DNA of 64,000 nucleotides from Schmidtea polychroa (Eukaryota), in NCBI GenBank assembly GCA_044892525.1, contig CM097885.1, positions 37,636,001 through 37,700,000 of the forward strand, read 5' to 3'. This document shows positions 42,720-55,948 of this stretch, piece by piece. Below the pieces are notes generated by a model. That model worked only from the letters and a program-made list of their open reading frames with translations, had not been told where the DNA came from and did no database searches. The translations under genes and the position numbers were made by a program. Within the stretch, counting starts at the first letter, position 1, and every line of letters starts with the position of its first letter.

Positions 42720-44554
42720 TAAATAGTCTAAAATAAAAATAAAGAAAGTTGTAAAAAGATCAATGGTAAAAAACAGAAAGCTATTACCGCAATGAATTCC
42801 ATATCTATATTGCAAATATTTTCCAGATTGGCCATATTCACATTATTTACAAACATTTTTGACACTTTCAAATTGTGGTTCTGCATTTATGTGGATTTGA
42901 AATTATTTATTAAGTGAAATTAGTGACCCATAACAAATGAATATTGTCAAATTCGAGTGTTTTAAGTACAGAAACGAAATTACTAATACACCTCTAGAGT
43001 ATTTATATGATAATCTAAATTGAAAAGGTCTTGTAAAGCTTGTGGTTAAGACAAAAAATAGCATATGATGGCAAAATCAGAAAATTACAATTAATAATCG
43101 TAAGAGCCACGGTTAACCATGCCATAAAAATAGTTCCAGATCTTTTTGCTTACTTCTTGTCACGTATAATTTCACTAGAAAACATTAAACTCCCTAAACT
43201 TAACGACATGTTTTTGAATTAATATTTGAAAATCCTTTCTAAATGGTGGTGCCGAAAATTTTTGATTCCTTTGAACTCGTTGATTTAAGGTCATTTGAAT
43301 ATGAAAAGAGATAAACTATTAATTATAAATAAAATGAAATAAATTTACAAAATCTGAAAAATATCTTCTTATATTTCCAAACATTTAACTCCAACACGAG
43401 TAAGTGCGTCGGTCCCGCCGACCATTTTTGATTATAGACACCTTTGTATGTACCATACCTCTTATCAAAATTCATATTAATTTAAAAGAAATGAACAGAG
43501 AAATTGAACTGGACTAAGTAAACAAACAACATTTTATATTACGTCGGTCTGAAAAAACGGCGCACTTGCTCTTAAGTTAAAAAAGCTGTGTTGAACTTTT
43601 TTTATAAGCAAATTATTGACTTATAGAATTAAAAGAAATAATTGTAGAAACACGAAACTAATTTGCATAAAGTTTTTATTGAAAATGACATTGAAAACGA
43701 TCATAGAAATATTTACGCCAGCAGTCAATGTTTCCACGAAAGCATCGGTACTTGATCTGGCGAGATTATTGATGAACTCGCATTTGGACATGTTGGCTCC
43801 AGTATCGTATGATGTAATTTACATCATGTAAAAGTATTGTTATATTTATCTAGAACTACTTTGATCATTAACTTCATTTGGCAATCATATACGTATGGCT
43901 CATTTCAGCTGATAGGGAAAATTTCTTTGGTCGAGTAGAAGGTGCCGATGGTCAAATAATATTTTAATACTAATAAATAATCATTTGTGCTGGCAATTAA
44001 TTAATATGCGTGCGTAGTTCAAACCAATGAAAACTCAACTTAGCATAGACCACATAATGACGGACATGATTTTAGTTAAACAGATTTAGTTAAAATTTAT
44101 TATATTTTATTTATAGATATTACTTAATATGTTACTTAATAAACTTTTAACTGAAAATGTAAAAAAATAATCCGCTTTATCTCAGGTGTAATCTTACTTA
44201 TGATGACATATGTTAACTGAATATTTTAATTCTCCCATTAAAATAATATTACCATGTGCGATTTATCTGACCAAAACCAGGCGTATGCTGTAACGCTGGC
44301 TTGAGAGAAAGCGGCTAAAGTTGGCACATTTTCAAATTTTTAGTTCTTGACAGAGTTTGATATATAAATATGTTGATATATATAAATATTTTAGTGGTGT
44401 TAGAGATGAATCTTTAGTTGCAAGCATTTTAATATTTGGGGTAGTTTTGCTACTAATAGGCGTGTTCAGCGTTAAGCTAGCGCACCAAGCGTGATATGGG
44501 TAAAAGGCCCAGGCTTTCATCTAGTGACTAAAGTAAAATGTTTACCATAATTAA

Positions 44555-44784
44555 CCCTTTCCTATCTTGTGTCTATAAAAATATGACACAAAAAATTAAC
44601 CATTCTATCCTCTGTCTGTAAAAAATTGACATTATTTTTGAATAGTTTATTTCCCATGCACTGTCGATTATATTATGACCAACTGTTTATAGGGCGATAG
44701 GCTGTAGGCTGTCTGTATGTCTGGATGATGAATTTCATGTCAAGGAACGGGCGGGACACATGAAATAAAGAAGATAGGAAAGGG
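44555..44784. mobile_element. piggyBac-type MITE
   Basis: TTAA flanks and perfect 14-bp TIR CCCTTTCCTATCTT/AAGATAGGAAAGGG. Confidence 0.9.
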
Positions 44785-44859
44785 TTAATAAATCCAAGTT
44801 AGGCAATAAAACTTGTGTATCTTGAATATATTGAACTCTTGTTTGAACGCACAAATTGT

Positions 44860-45090
44860 AAATAGCCCTTTTATGTTTATTGAAATTCTTTACAAATCTA
44901 CGAATGTATTCCAATTTGTCTTCAAAATCCATTTTTGAAAAAGATTTACTATGTTTGGAGAAATAATATCGTTAAACATTGTATGCGCGAGCAGTTCAAC
45001 TGTCACCACAGATTGTACATGAAAATTGTTCACCAAGTTGAACACATCCGTATTCTTCTTCCCATGTAGTTTTTAAAATGAAAGATGGCA
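44860..45090 (-). pseudogene. hAT Charlie/Buster-type transposase N-terminal remnant
   Basis: Minus strand TWEEEYGCVQLGEQFSCTICGDS*TARAYNV*RYYFSKH resembles the zinc-finger pattern WEEEY..C.IC...YN..RHY..KH. Confidence 0.55.
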
Positions 45091-46016
45091 CTGTATTTAT
45101 AAAAAGAAAATGGTTTAAACCTGGGTTTGGTTATATGGTCTACATATTGAACTTCTTTGACTATTCATCGATGCTTCTACACTGGAAAAGGATCTTTAAT
45201 ATCATCTTCAAAACTCAAATAAACACAATCAAGATTTCCTAAATAGATTTCTAAGTATATTTTTTATGTTATCTATATTATTAAATCTTCGAATTCAGCA
45301 AATCCTTGACAAATGGCTGTAATTCCTCGCAAACGGCTCGCTAAGCCATTCATCCTTCTAAACACTGTCAATCAAAATAAAATTTAAAAAAGTGAAATCC
45401 GAAGAAAAAAATTTTTTTGTATTGGAAACTATAGACTCGTGAAATATCTTAAGCTCGACATTATAAAAAGATGTAAAAGACATCATTTTGTACCTATTTC
45501 AAATTAAATTGGATTATTACAGAAAAAGATTTTTGTTTTAATTAATCAAATTTATATATTCATTCAATTGTACATAAAACTCAAATATAAAATGTGACAC
45601 TGTCAAATTTCACTCCAATTCGAAAAGAAAGTACAATTTTATTTTCATTATTTGCACATTTTGCTTTAATTTTTATAATTACCAAATTCAGTTTGTTTAA
45701 ATCCAAACAATTACCTTTCTCTATACATTTAATAAAACAATTTTACAATTAACTTTTGTGTTTCTTCTCAGCATTTGGTTTTCGAACAAATTGACATCTC
45801 AGTCTTTTCTAATTGAGTCTACATTGCAACTTCCTTTATTAATTATATCTCAATTTTACTCACGTACAGACTCGGTGCATCATTAATAAAATTCTTGTAA
45901 TAGAACATGACTTTTTCTGAATCTTTAACATTTATACTTTTCAAAATATAATTGTTTTTGTCTGAAAAAATAATATTTCAAATTGATTCATTTTATTTAA
46001 TTAAAAATTATTATTA

Positions 46017-46202
<186 letters not shown>

Positions 46203-46511
46203 CTGTTCAATGTTCCATAATTGAATAATTATACAATTTTATGATTCGTTGTGTTTAATTGATGTCACTTATGAATAGATTTTTATATGTATTGTTAAAA
46301 TAATTAACAAAAGAAAGGGATGGGATGAATTTGTTCAATGTTCTAAATTAAGACTTGAATTTTGAGGATAACAAAAGATTAATTTTAAATTACTTTAACT
46401 AATTATATTATTCAACTTAATAATAATAATAACAATAATAATATAATAATAATAATAATAATAAAAATAATAATAATAATTATTATTATTATTATTATTA
46501 TTATAATATGA

Positions 46512-47935
46512 TTATAAGATAACGCCAATCAAACATCCTTTTCACGATATAATTCGACAGTTTTCCTGTCATCATCGGGTGGAATATAATAACTATGTAA
46601 ATTAAGGATTTTTAACAAATTTATTAATTATATAAAAACTTTTTTATTTAATAAAAACATTTAATTATTTTAAAAAATTATAATTAAATTAATATATTAT
46701 TTTTAAAATTTTAGCATTCAGAATTTAATTTAATAATTTAAAAAATTTTATTAATTATTTAATTTAAAACAATCAATCCTTAAAACCTTCTGAGTACAGC
46801 AATACTAACACAAATTTAGGCTCATCATCCTTGCTCACACTATTTAATTTATTTAACTCATCAGACTCACACACCTCAACAACATCACACCCAGTTTTTC
46901 TCAAACATGGATCCTTAGGATTTTTAATAAATTTGTCAACAGTCTCTTTCACCATAATTAATAAAAAGGATTTTGAATAACCGTTCTTCATTAACATTTC
47001 AACCAATTTGTCAACACTTTTTACTGACTTTTCAAAAGTAGAAGACAAAGACCATGAACGACAAATCAAACCCTTCACCATATTTCTTTTATACTTGAAT
47101 TCACAAAAACTTTCGGATGAAGTATAGAGACCAGTATCAGTTGGTTTTCTATAAATCTATGTCTCATAGTGTTTCTCTTTGCGTTGTGTTAACAGATCCA
47201 AGAAAGCAAGCGATGATTTTTTCTCCGTTTCACATTTGAATACAATGTTTTAATGTAGATTATTCATATATTCAGTGGCGTAGCAATAGGTTGTGCAGGT
47301 TGTGCACGGCACAAGGGCCCATGACGAAAAATTAGTAAAATTTATACGTTCGAGCATTATAAATTCCCCGATTGTCATCAAACCAAGCATCGCTTTGGCG
47401 TTTGTTTTGTTTTTATTAAGACAGCAACCACAGTTTGGACGGTTTATACATTTAATATTATTAGGAATCTATATTGCATATAGTTGTAAACCACATATGT
47501 CACACCCATTCATCTATTAAATTATTTGCTTTACTTGACGTTGGTTTTTTTTTATGTGATGAGGACTTGTTTATTAATAAAACGTCAAATCCAATTTACT
47601 TGCCTACTCGATTCAAAATGGCGGTATAACGACATCGGATCACATCGGATCAAATATTTTGTGCGTCCCAAAATCTGCACAAGGGCCCCAGAAATCCTTG
47701 GTACGCCACTGCATATATTGCAAAAACGGATCAATATGTCTCTGATTTTCAAATATAAGAAAAATATCATCCTCATACTAAAGGAGAACCCATAGCAACT
47801 CCATCTATTTGTTGATACTATTCATTATTGAAAAGAAAATTGAATTTTGAACTGGCAAATACAAGAAGTTCACGAAATGCTCTTCCACCCAAAATATGAT
47901 GTTCAGAAATGTTTTCATTCTATTACAAGCAACAT
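46512..47935 (-). mobile_element. PLE family A copy with internal deletions, nested hAT MITE and mutated hammerhead (46543-46581)
   Basis: Reverse complement of much of 10895-11737 joined to the pLTR. Hammerhead core reads CCGATGA/GAAT. Confidence 0.9.
47273..47711. mobile_element. hAT MITE nested in PLE RT
   Basis: CAGTGGCGTA...TACGCCACTG with perfect 8-bp TSD CATATATT; the PLE sequence resumes on both sides. Confidence 0.93.
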
Positions 47936-48284
47936 AAAGAAATTTCTTAAAGAAGGGGGTTGTGAGGTGTTTTCAGCTGAGAATTAAATATTTCAATGAT
48001 TTATCAAAATAATTTTAAATGATAAATAATTAATTATTTATAATAACTTTTAAAAATATTTTTAAATTGAATTTTTTGAATTAAGCTTTTATTAGTAAAT
48101 CATTTTTAAATAAATATTTTTTAAATATCGAAATTTTAATAAATGGTTTTTAAAATATTTTATTCAACGCTGAAAATTTGGTTGGAAATTATACAATATT
48201 TCATTAAATAAATACTTGGAATTATGACGTTAACTTTTGAACAGGATTTAAAAAATAATTTAGAAGATGTATTAGCAGCTTCTA

Positions 48285-48398
<114 letters not shown>

Positions 48399-48423
48399 GG
48401 TTTCTTTATTGTTCATATTTAAG

Positions 48424-48875
48424 AACTTCAGAGGAAAATTGAAAATGAAAATGGTATATCTCCATCTACAAATTATGGAAATTCATCAATTGATCCGATA
48501 GTTTATATTCGTTGTAGCAGCACTCCCGGTAACAATGACACCCTCAATGACTCAGAAAAGCCTATTAAACCTAACCTTACACCACTAGAATCCCTTTCGC
48601 CTTTATTCAGAAATTTTCAAAGTGGTGATCTTTTATATCCTCTTTCAAATTGTTCAAAATCAAAAACATTATCATCAAGAACCCAACAGAAGAATCGACA
48701 CGCTAAACAACTGAAATCCCATTTTCGATACCCTAGTGTTCCAGAAAGTTTAAACTATCTTTCCGTCGGCAGCAATTCTGGTACCGATATTCACGAAAAT
48801 CCAAGTAGACTAATAACTTGGGAATTTGGCAAAAAGATCAAATCAACTCCTCTACACAAGGGAAGTTTTGTGTAG
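48424..48875 (+). CDS. Protocadherin terminal coding exon 4 (Ser/Pro-rich cytoplasmic tail ending GSFV*)
   Basis: Acceptor ATATTTAAG| (phase 1), then 149 uninterrupted codons (LQRKIENENGISPST...WEFGKKIKSTPLHKGSFV) to TAG 48873-48875, in a GC-richer island. Absent from the ORF track because it has no start codon. Confidence 0.8.
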
Positions 48876-49334
48876 ATATTTCCAGTGGCTAGTCAACCAC
48901 AATAACATTATATACATTTGAAATTGTGATAAAAGAATCTATTGTTTTCTGTTGCAGTCATTGTATTATAATGTCGATTGTTGTCAAGTGAAATATATAA
49001 TATATAAACGGACTTCGTAAGTCACTGCTAATTTTCTTTGGAGATTTCTTTTTGATGATATCCGTTTATGATCAATCATTTCTCCTCTTGCAGAACGTAA
49101 AAGCTAGGTTGATTTCATCGAATCTTTCCTAAAACGTGCCCTCATACTTCACGGAATTTTATTATGAACGTCTTTGTTTATATTAATGATAGATGAAGCG
49201 GAAATTGAAATCCATAATCAACGAAATTCATTTGCATTTGAAGAGAAAACTCAACTCAGGAGAATTTAAATTATTATTGTTTTATTTACTATTATTATCT
49301 TGCTTTTAGACCTCAATTGAGCATTTAATGCGAT

Positions 49335-49340
49335 AATAAA
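49335..49340 (+). terminator. Candidate polyadenylation signal of the protocadherin
   Basis: AATAAA about 460 nt after the stop codon, followed by T-rich sequence. Weak evidence in AT-rich DNA. Confidence 0.3.
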
Positions 49341-50032
49341 AAAATTATTATTTGTTTATTCATTACCATTATAGAATTGAGATATTGGCCCGTTGATGGG
49401 CAACCCTTTTTAGGTATAGAGCCAAATCCAAAAAATGGATGACTCAATCGTGACGCACTTGAAGGGGCTCAGAAATTTTAATTCAACCTTGAGTCATAAT
49501 ATCAATCAACTAATGCAAGTGTCATTTAGTTTTGCAAATAAATTCTACTTGCAGTTGTTTTTGTACGTTTGCTTATTAAAAAATATTGAATAGAAAAATG
49601 AGAAAATAATTATTAGAAAATAATCTTTGAAAAAAGCATTTCGCGTAAATAATTACTTCCAGAAAGACTTCCATGATTAGCTCAAGCGGGAAATTTATCT
49701 TTGGATGAATATCATTTATTAAAATCACAAAAGCTGGCGCTTCTCGATTTACTTTTAATGTTACTATTAAAGAGGAATTTTAAAAGGTCCGCCTGCAAAA
49801 TATGAAACATAATGCAAAGGAATCCAGCTGCTTACGGAAATCATGAAAAAGTGATTAAAATTCTTTAAGAAGATAATGTATTTTTTCAGGATATATCTGA
49901 ATATTGGTTTGATTTTTATTACTTAACGTAGTTATTACTTAATTGAAGGTATTACCGTATTACCATTTTGAAGTTGGCCTTTCCAAATCTGTAACATATT
50001 TTGGAACGCTTTTTTTCACTAATTATCCAATT

Positions 50033-50396
50033 TAAACATTACAAGCTTTAATCCCAATAGTAAACTAGTTTCGAGCTTTTGGCTCTCATCAGTACTATGC
50101 AGCAGACGCGAAGATTTCTCTTCACGACAGGTAAGTATACAATATTGCTGATTCAACTCTATTGCATACTTTCTCTGGCACACTGGAAATCACATCACTT
50201 GCAACTTAGTTAAATCACAGAAAATATATCTGCAAACTTGTAAACTGGCGTATGAAAAATCATAATTACCTCTGGAGACCAAAAAATTAGTCTATACACA
50301 GAAACTGTTTACAAGTGCATCCGATTACCTTTAGCATTTTTAACTTATAAAGTAATGGTGTAAATTAATTTTTTTTATAAATAAATTTTACACCAT
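50033..50396 (-). mobile_element. Short non-coding hammerhead-bearing insertion (solo pLTR/retrozyme-like)
   Basis: Flanked by 13-bp direct repeat TAATTATCCAATT (50020-50032, 50397-50409). Terminal hairpin TGGTGTAAA..TTTACACCA. Part is homologous (inverted) to ~13010-13165. Confidence 0.65.
50058..50097 (-). ncRNA. Minimal type-I hammerhead ribozyme (family D)
   Basis: Minus strand TAGTA-CTGATGA-GAGC caaaa GCTC-GAAA-CTAG-TT-TACTA: 5-bp stem I, palindromic stem III ACTAGT. Confidence 0.85.
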
Positions 50397-53300
50397 TAAT
50401 TATCCAATTGTATATATACTTATATTTTATCTATTTAAAAGTTATCAAACATCTATTCTTCTACATCAAATTCAGGAGGATACAATTTTCTTCTAAAAAT
50501 AGTTTAAAATAGTTAAATACACTTTGGATAAAGACTGTGTCGAAATATATTGTACTTTATATATTGTTTTGATCAATAGTCTTACAAACATTAATATGAA
50601 AATTATTGAATTAAAAAAAGATCAATGGTGAAAACAAAAGATAAATATGATAGTTTAATTTCCGACTTTAGATCATAAACACATTTTAGGTTTTCTTTAT
50701 AACTCAATCAACAGACTTATTTTGAATATAGAAAATCTTCATATTCAGGTTTCTGTTTACCCAAATATTCTTTAAACTGATGATGCTTTAAATCGTTGGA
50801 TCTTACAACGTTTTATAACATGTGCAATAATATTTATGCAAATATAGAGATTTTAGTTATATTTGTATATCGGTTATGCATATATTTTTATATTTTGTTG
50901 TAGTAACAAGATAATCACCTATGTATAAGGGATCCGTTTCTATTTTTGAATAATGGTTTTCCACTTTCTAGTGAAAAATCCAAAGTACTTCTATTTAAAA
51001 ATAAAATTTCCTAAGACGAAATAGTAATGATTTTGAAAGAAATTGCAAGAAAAATGTTTAAAGAAAGTTGTTAACAAGTTCAACTCGTTTTTGCCAACAG
51101 TGACTTTTAAAATAAACGACTCAATTCATAAATGGCTTTTTGGGATATTATCTATAAGGTTGTTATAAAAGGTCATGAATATTAAAACAACTAGATTTTA
51201 AATTAAATTAATTATTGAATAGCATAAATATTTGTGTTATAACAATTTTTTTTAAAAGAATAAATTTTAAATCTTTTTAATTTCTATATATTTATACCGA
51301 GTTCTACTTGTTTGTATCTATTCATAACAAATAGATCAAAGTAATTGATATTATAGGAAACACACTAACTTTCGTTTTGATAAATCTGTTTCACGAGTTA
51401 CAACCATTTCCAAGGAATAAAATATTCTTTAGTACAAGTTTGTGTGTAAACCAATAGACGATTTCAAATTATCAATTTTTTTAATTTTTTACAATTTAAA
51501 GTTTTTTCATAGTTTTTAATTTAAATTTAATGTTTTATGTAATTCACGAAGTAATTTCATTTTATTTATCCATTTTGGTCAAAATTAGCGAATATATAGT
51601 AAATAACGTTGATAAATTTGTAAATCATAAGGATAAATGAACTTTTTCATAATCATAATAATCGCTTGAAATGAAATTCGTCTTCATCATTTATTATTTT
51701 ATTTCTTTATTTTCTCGAAAATTCACCTTTTTTTATTTGAATTTAGTTGTCTTCGCACTGAATTCTTAATTTCAATCTGCCATTTTTTCACTATTTGTTG
51801 TGTTTTTGTGTTAAATTAATATGTTTTACTACTTTTCAATTTCTATAAAAAGGTTTTTATTCCATGTAACATTCCAATTCAGCTTAGAGATAAGTTTGTG
51901 TGTTTCTATAATATAAATTTTATGATTTAATTTTATATTATAGAAGGTTTTACTCCATGCAATCAGGTGTATATTATATTATTTATTATAAATAATCAAT
52001 AACGAAAGCATTTCATAATACGAATTCCATCGAATTAAAACAAGCGATTTGTTAATTAATTTTTTTCATTTTTTCTATAAGATTAAGAGTTTACAATAGG
52101 AATTGCACGAAATAAACAATGCCTTTTTAATGATATTTCATTGAAACTTATATTTCCACCTTTATGTTGATGAATATGGAATAGGAATTCATTAAAAATT
52201 CAAGATGTCATTCCATGTAAAAATAAAGATATGAATAATTGAAATTATAATTAAAAGTATGTAAATTATTTTTGCTTATTACACAGTTAAACAAAACTAT
52301 TCCGGATTTCAAATAAAATCGATAAATAATAAAATAAAAATTAAATTGAAATTTTACATTTAGATATTTACTTATTTCAACACGACTTTCATCAGTTTCC
52401 GGATTTGGAATGATCATTTAATAATCTTCATATTGGAACTGTAATGAAATCGAATTTGCATCAAAACATTTATTTTTTAAATCTTATTTTGTACTTGGTG
52501 CTAAAAATCTAGGCTGAGTTCCAGTTTGTTTGGCCTCAGCGATTTTGTTAGACATGTTAGAAAGAGGAGAAAAAATATTATACAAACAAATATTTATTTT
52601 ATTAATTTCAATTTAATTTAATTAAACAAATACTTAATTTAAATTATAAATATTTATAAATTCTATTTAGATTAATATCTTTTATAAAATAACAACAAAT
52701 GTATGTACAGTACATAGATGTCTCCGATAAAATAAATTTATTATCATTGCCATTTTATTATTTTTATTATTATTATTTTAAAACAATTAAATAATATATT
52801 TAATACAAATAAAAATATTTTCAACTATAAGATAGTCCTTTTCAATTTTATGAAATTTAGCTTCTTCTATTTTCTAAAATGGTTTTTGATCTTCCTTTTT
52901 ATTTCCTTTTTCTTATTTCTCATTGGTTAAAAATAATAGTCCTTTTTTTTCTTCACAGTAACGGTTTGTTTCTATAATGCAAAATTCCCCCCTGTCACTT
53001 GGTAAGTAAAAGTATGATTTAATTTTAAGGGATTTTGAAATGGCTTGTTCGTGTTTCGATTGGTTTTAGAGATATGGTTTTTGTAATGTATCTTTCTATT
53101 TTTCTATTTTTCTTTTTAAATGTGATTATGATTCGTTATACGTTGTTATTTTTGTCATGATTTACATGATTTAAATTTTTAAATAAAAAAACTATATAGC
53201 GATAATTTACCATAGTGAATTATCACTAAAGAAGAACTGAAAAAAAATAAATCGATAAAAAAATAAAACTAAACTGAAGATTCTAGAGGAAATTAAAAAT

Positions 53301-54363
53301 CCAGAAAATTAGACTAATTCAACTTGGTAATTGAAATTAAACAGAAATTTCAAAAAGAAAATTAGAAAGAAGAATTTAGAAAATCCAGAACGATAATTTG
53401 GATACAAATCTCAGACTAAAGAAGTACCATGAACATTCAAACTAATCGTTGTAAATCTCCGGCTAAAGAATCACAATCGGCATTCGAACTTACCGTACCA
53501 AATATCAGTTTAAAGGATCACTACCACAATCTACGTTCGAGCTTGTCATAGAAAGTATCATGTCTATTACTTTATTCAATTCTTAATAAAAGTTTGTAAC
53601 CGTTCTGTTTTATAGTTTTATATTTGATATTTAATAATTGTAGTTATCCCGAAACATACACACACCCCAACTGTCCCAACACAATCATCATAGTTACTAC
53701 AATCATCACATCTCAAATATCACACAACAGTTTTCTTTTTTCTTTCTCACCATATCCATGATTTTGCGACAAACCTTTGAAAGTGTCGAATCTAATTCAG
53801 CGTCAAGATTTGGATGATAGAGTATGCCTGTGTTTTTATATGCTGGGAGCTTTTCTTGGTTATTTTCGTGAGGTATCGTATTGTTCCATTCGATTTGGTA
53901 CGCAATGTGACAAAGAACTGTCTTGAAATTGAGGATGGCTGTTTCACCTATTTCTCTACTTATAGTGAACTTTGGTCCTAGTGAAAGTAATCCTTTTTCA
54001 CAATCGGATAGGCAAAATTGTGAGGTCAGTAACTAAATTTTTGTTTTCCTTGTTTACTGTAATGTTTTCGTTTTAAAATATTTAAAAAATATTTTATTGG
54101 AAACTATATTTTATAAATATTTTAAGATAGTATTTATTAAAATAGGTTTCTATGAGCTAATTATAATGAGCTTTAAAAATTTAAAAGTTTTTCTTAGTGA
54201 ATCGTTTTGAATTTTAAAGAATATTTAATTACAAAATATTTTTTAAATTTTATATTCTGCAGAAAAAAAGTTTATTATTATTTGTAACCAATGAGAAATA
54301 AGAAAAAGGAAATAAAAAAGGAAGATCAAAGAGCATTTTAGAAAATAGAATAAGATAAATTCC

Positions 54364-54406
54364 ATGAAATTGATAAGGACTATCTTATAGTCGAAAATAT
54401 TTTCAT
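54364..54406 (+). ncRNA. Hammerhead-like motif family B with altered cleavage site (inverted copy at 52809-52851)
   Basis: ATGAAA-TTGATAA-gGACTAT ctt ATAGTC-GAAA-AT-AT-TTTCAT; lacks U at the UH position. Confidence 0.5.
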
Positions 54407-54422
54407 TTGTATTAAATATATT

Positions 54423-55115
54423 CAGAGCCGTAGCTATGGAAAATGGCGCCCGTGGCGAGATTGAAATTTGGCGCCCCTGGTGCCAAAAAAATCCACCACT
54501 CCCATTAATTATGTACTTACAGGAATGGAATTGGTCTTGAAATTCATATTATAACGAAAACAAATTAATTATAAATATTTATTATACATGTGTATATACA
54601 TATATAGCTTCATTTCTCATATCAGCGGGTGGCCGAGTTTGCAAGAAATGAGTTACCATGTTTCACAAAATTTCCCTTACTATGAAAAAATAATTCTGAT
54701 TCTTTTCTCAATATTGAAAAGGTTATTCTCCGGTTTCTCGTTTTTATATATAGACTACTGTATCGGGCATATCGATATCTATAACCATTATCATCAATTG
54801 TGCTTCCTTCTTTCAAACGATTTTCAAGATCTTTCCAGGCTAAGTAGCATTTTCTATGCTCAAAACTGTTTTCATGATCAGCCACCTTTGGATTTAGTCG
54901 CCCGTTTGCAAAAACCTTTAGACAGACCAGCAAAACAGTTTTGTTTTAGTTTAACTTTTGAAAACAGTAAACATGGAAAGCAGAATATAAAATTTTAATA
55001 TGAAAAAGAGAAAGAAAAGCAAAAAAAATTTAAATGATCATTTCACAGTTTTGGCGCCCTTCGACTCGGCGCCCGGGGCGGCCGCCCCATTCGCTACCCC
55101 CTAGCTACGGCTCTG
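54423..55115 (-). mobile_element. Internally deleted hAT element inserted in a PLE pLTR
   Basis: TIRs CAGAGCCGTAGCTA/TAGCTACGGCTCTG with imperfect AT-rich TSD. Minus strand FCFPCLLF...HENSFEHRKCYLAWKDLENRL..TID resembles the TTF-type zinc finger of hAT/ZMYM1-like transposases. Confidence 0.85.
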
Positions 55116-55205
55116 AATATTATTCGAAGCAAAAGCCTTAAATTATTATTTAATTTTTTATAAAATTTAATTAATGTTGTATATCATCGCTGTATACTTA
55201 ATATA

Positions 55206-55339
<134 letters not shown>

Positions 55340-55948
55340 AAAATAAATAAAGTTAATAATAGCAAAAATGCAAACTTAGCCAAGACTCCAACGGGAAAAG
55401 TTATCCCAATGTCAACCCCAGAGTTTGTGTCAAGAATTCATTTGATGTCTCATCAAGCATCAGTGGTTATAATGAAAAACATTCAATTATGATTCAATGT
55501 AAATTTTTAATGGGGTTTGAATCAAATTCTTATGAACATGAATCACAAATAATTATCCATGCAGACTCAACGGATATGCAGTTGAAAGTTTACTGATTTC
55601 TCCTTATTAATCAAACATTAACTTCTTTTTCACTGATGGCAAAATTTAATGGAAATCGCCACAAAAGAATTCGAAAGAAAATGAAATATTTCAAGTTGAA
55701 AGTAAAATGAATTGTTACTTTTATCATTTATTGTTGAGTCGATTTATTAAGATTCAATGCCAAATGTCGAGTATTTTGTTCCTGTCGGAAATTAACATTT
55801 TTTGTATCGGGCTTTTTTTCAATTTTCACCACTGAGTTCTATTCAATTGACGAAATTATTATTAAAAAGCTTGACTATAAATCAATAATATATCGATGTT
55901 TTTGATATTCATGAATTTTCAAGTAAAGCACTGTCATAGAATATATAT

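Noticed and set aside
43385..43580. Possible TTAA-flanked MITE
   Set aside because: The inverted ends match only partially.
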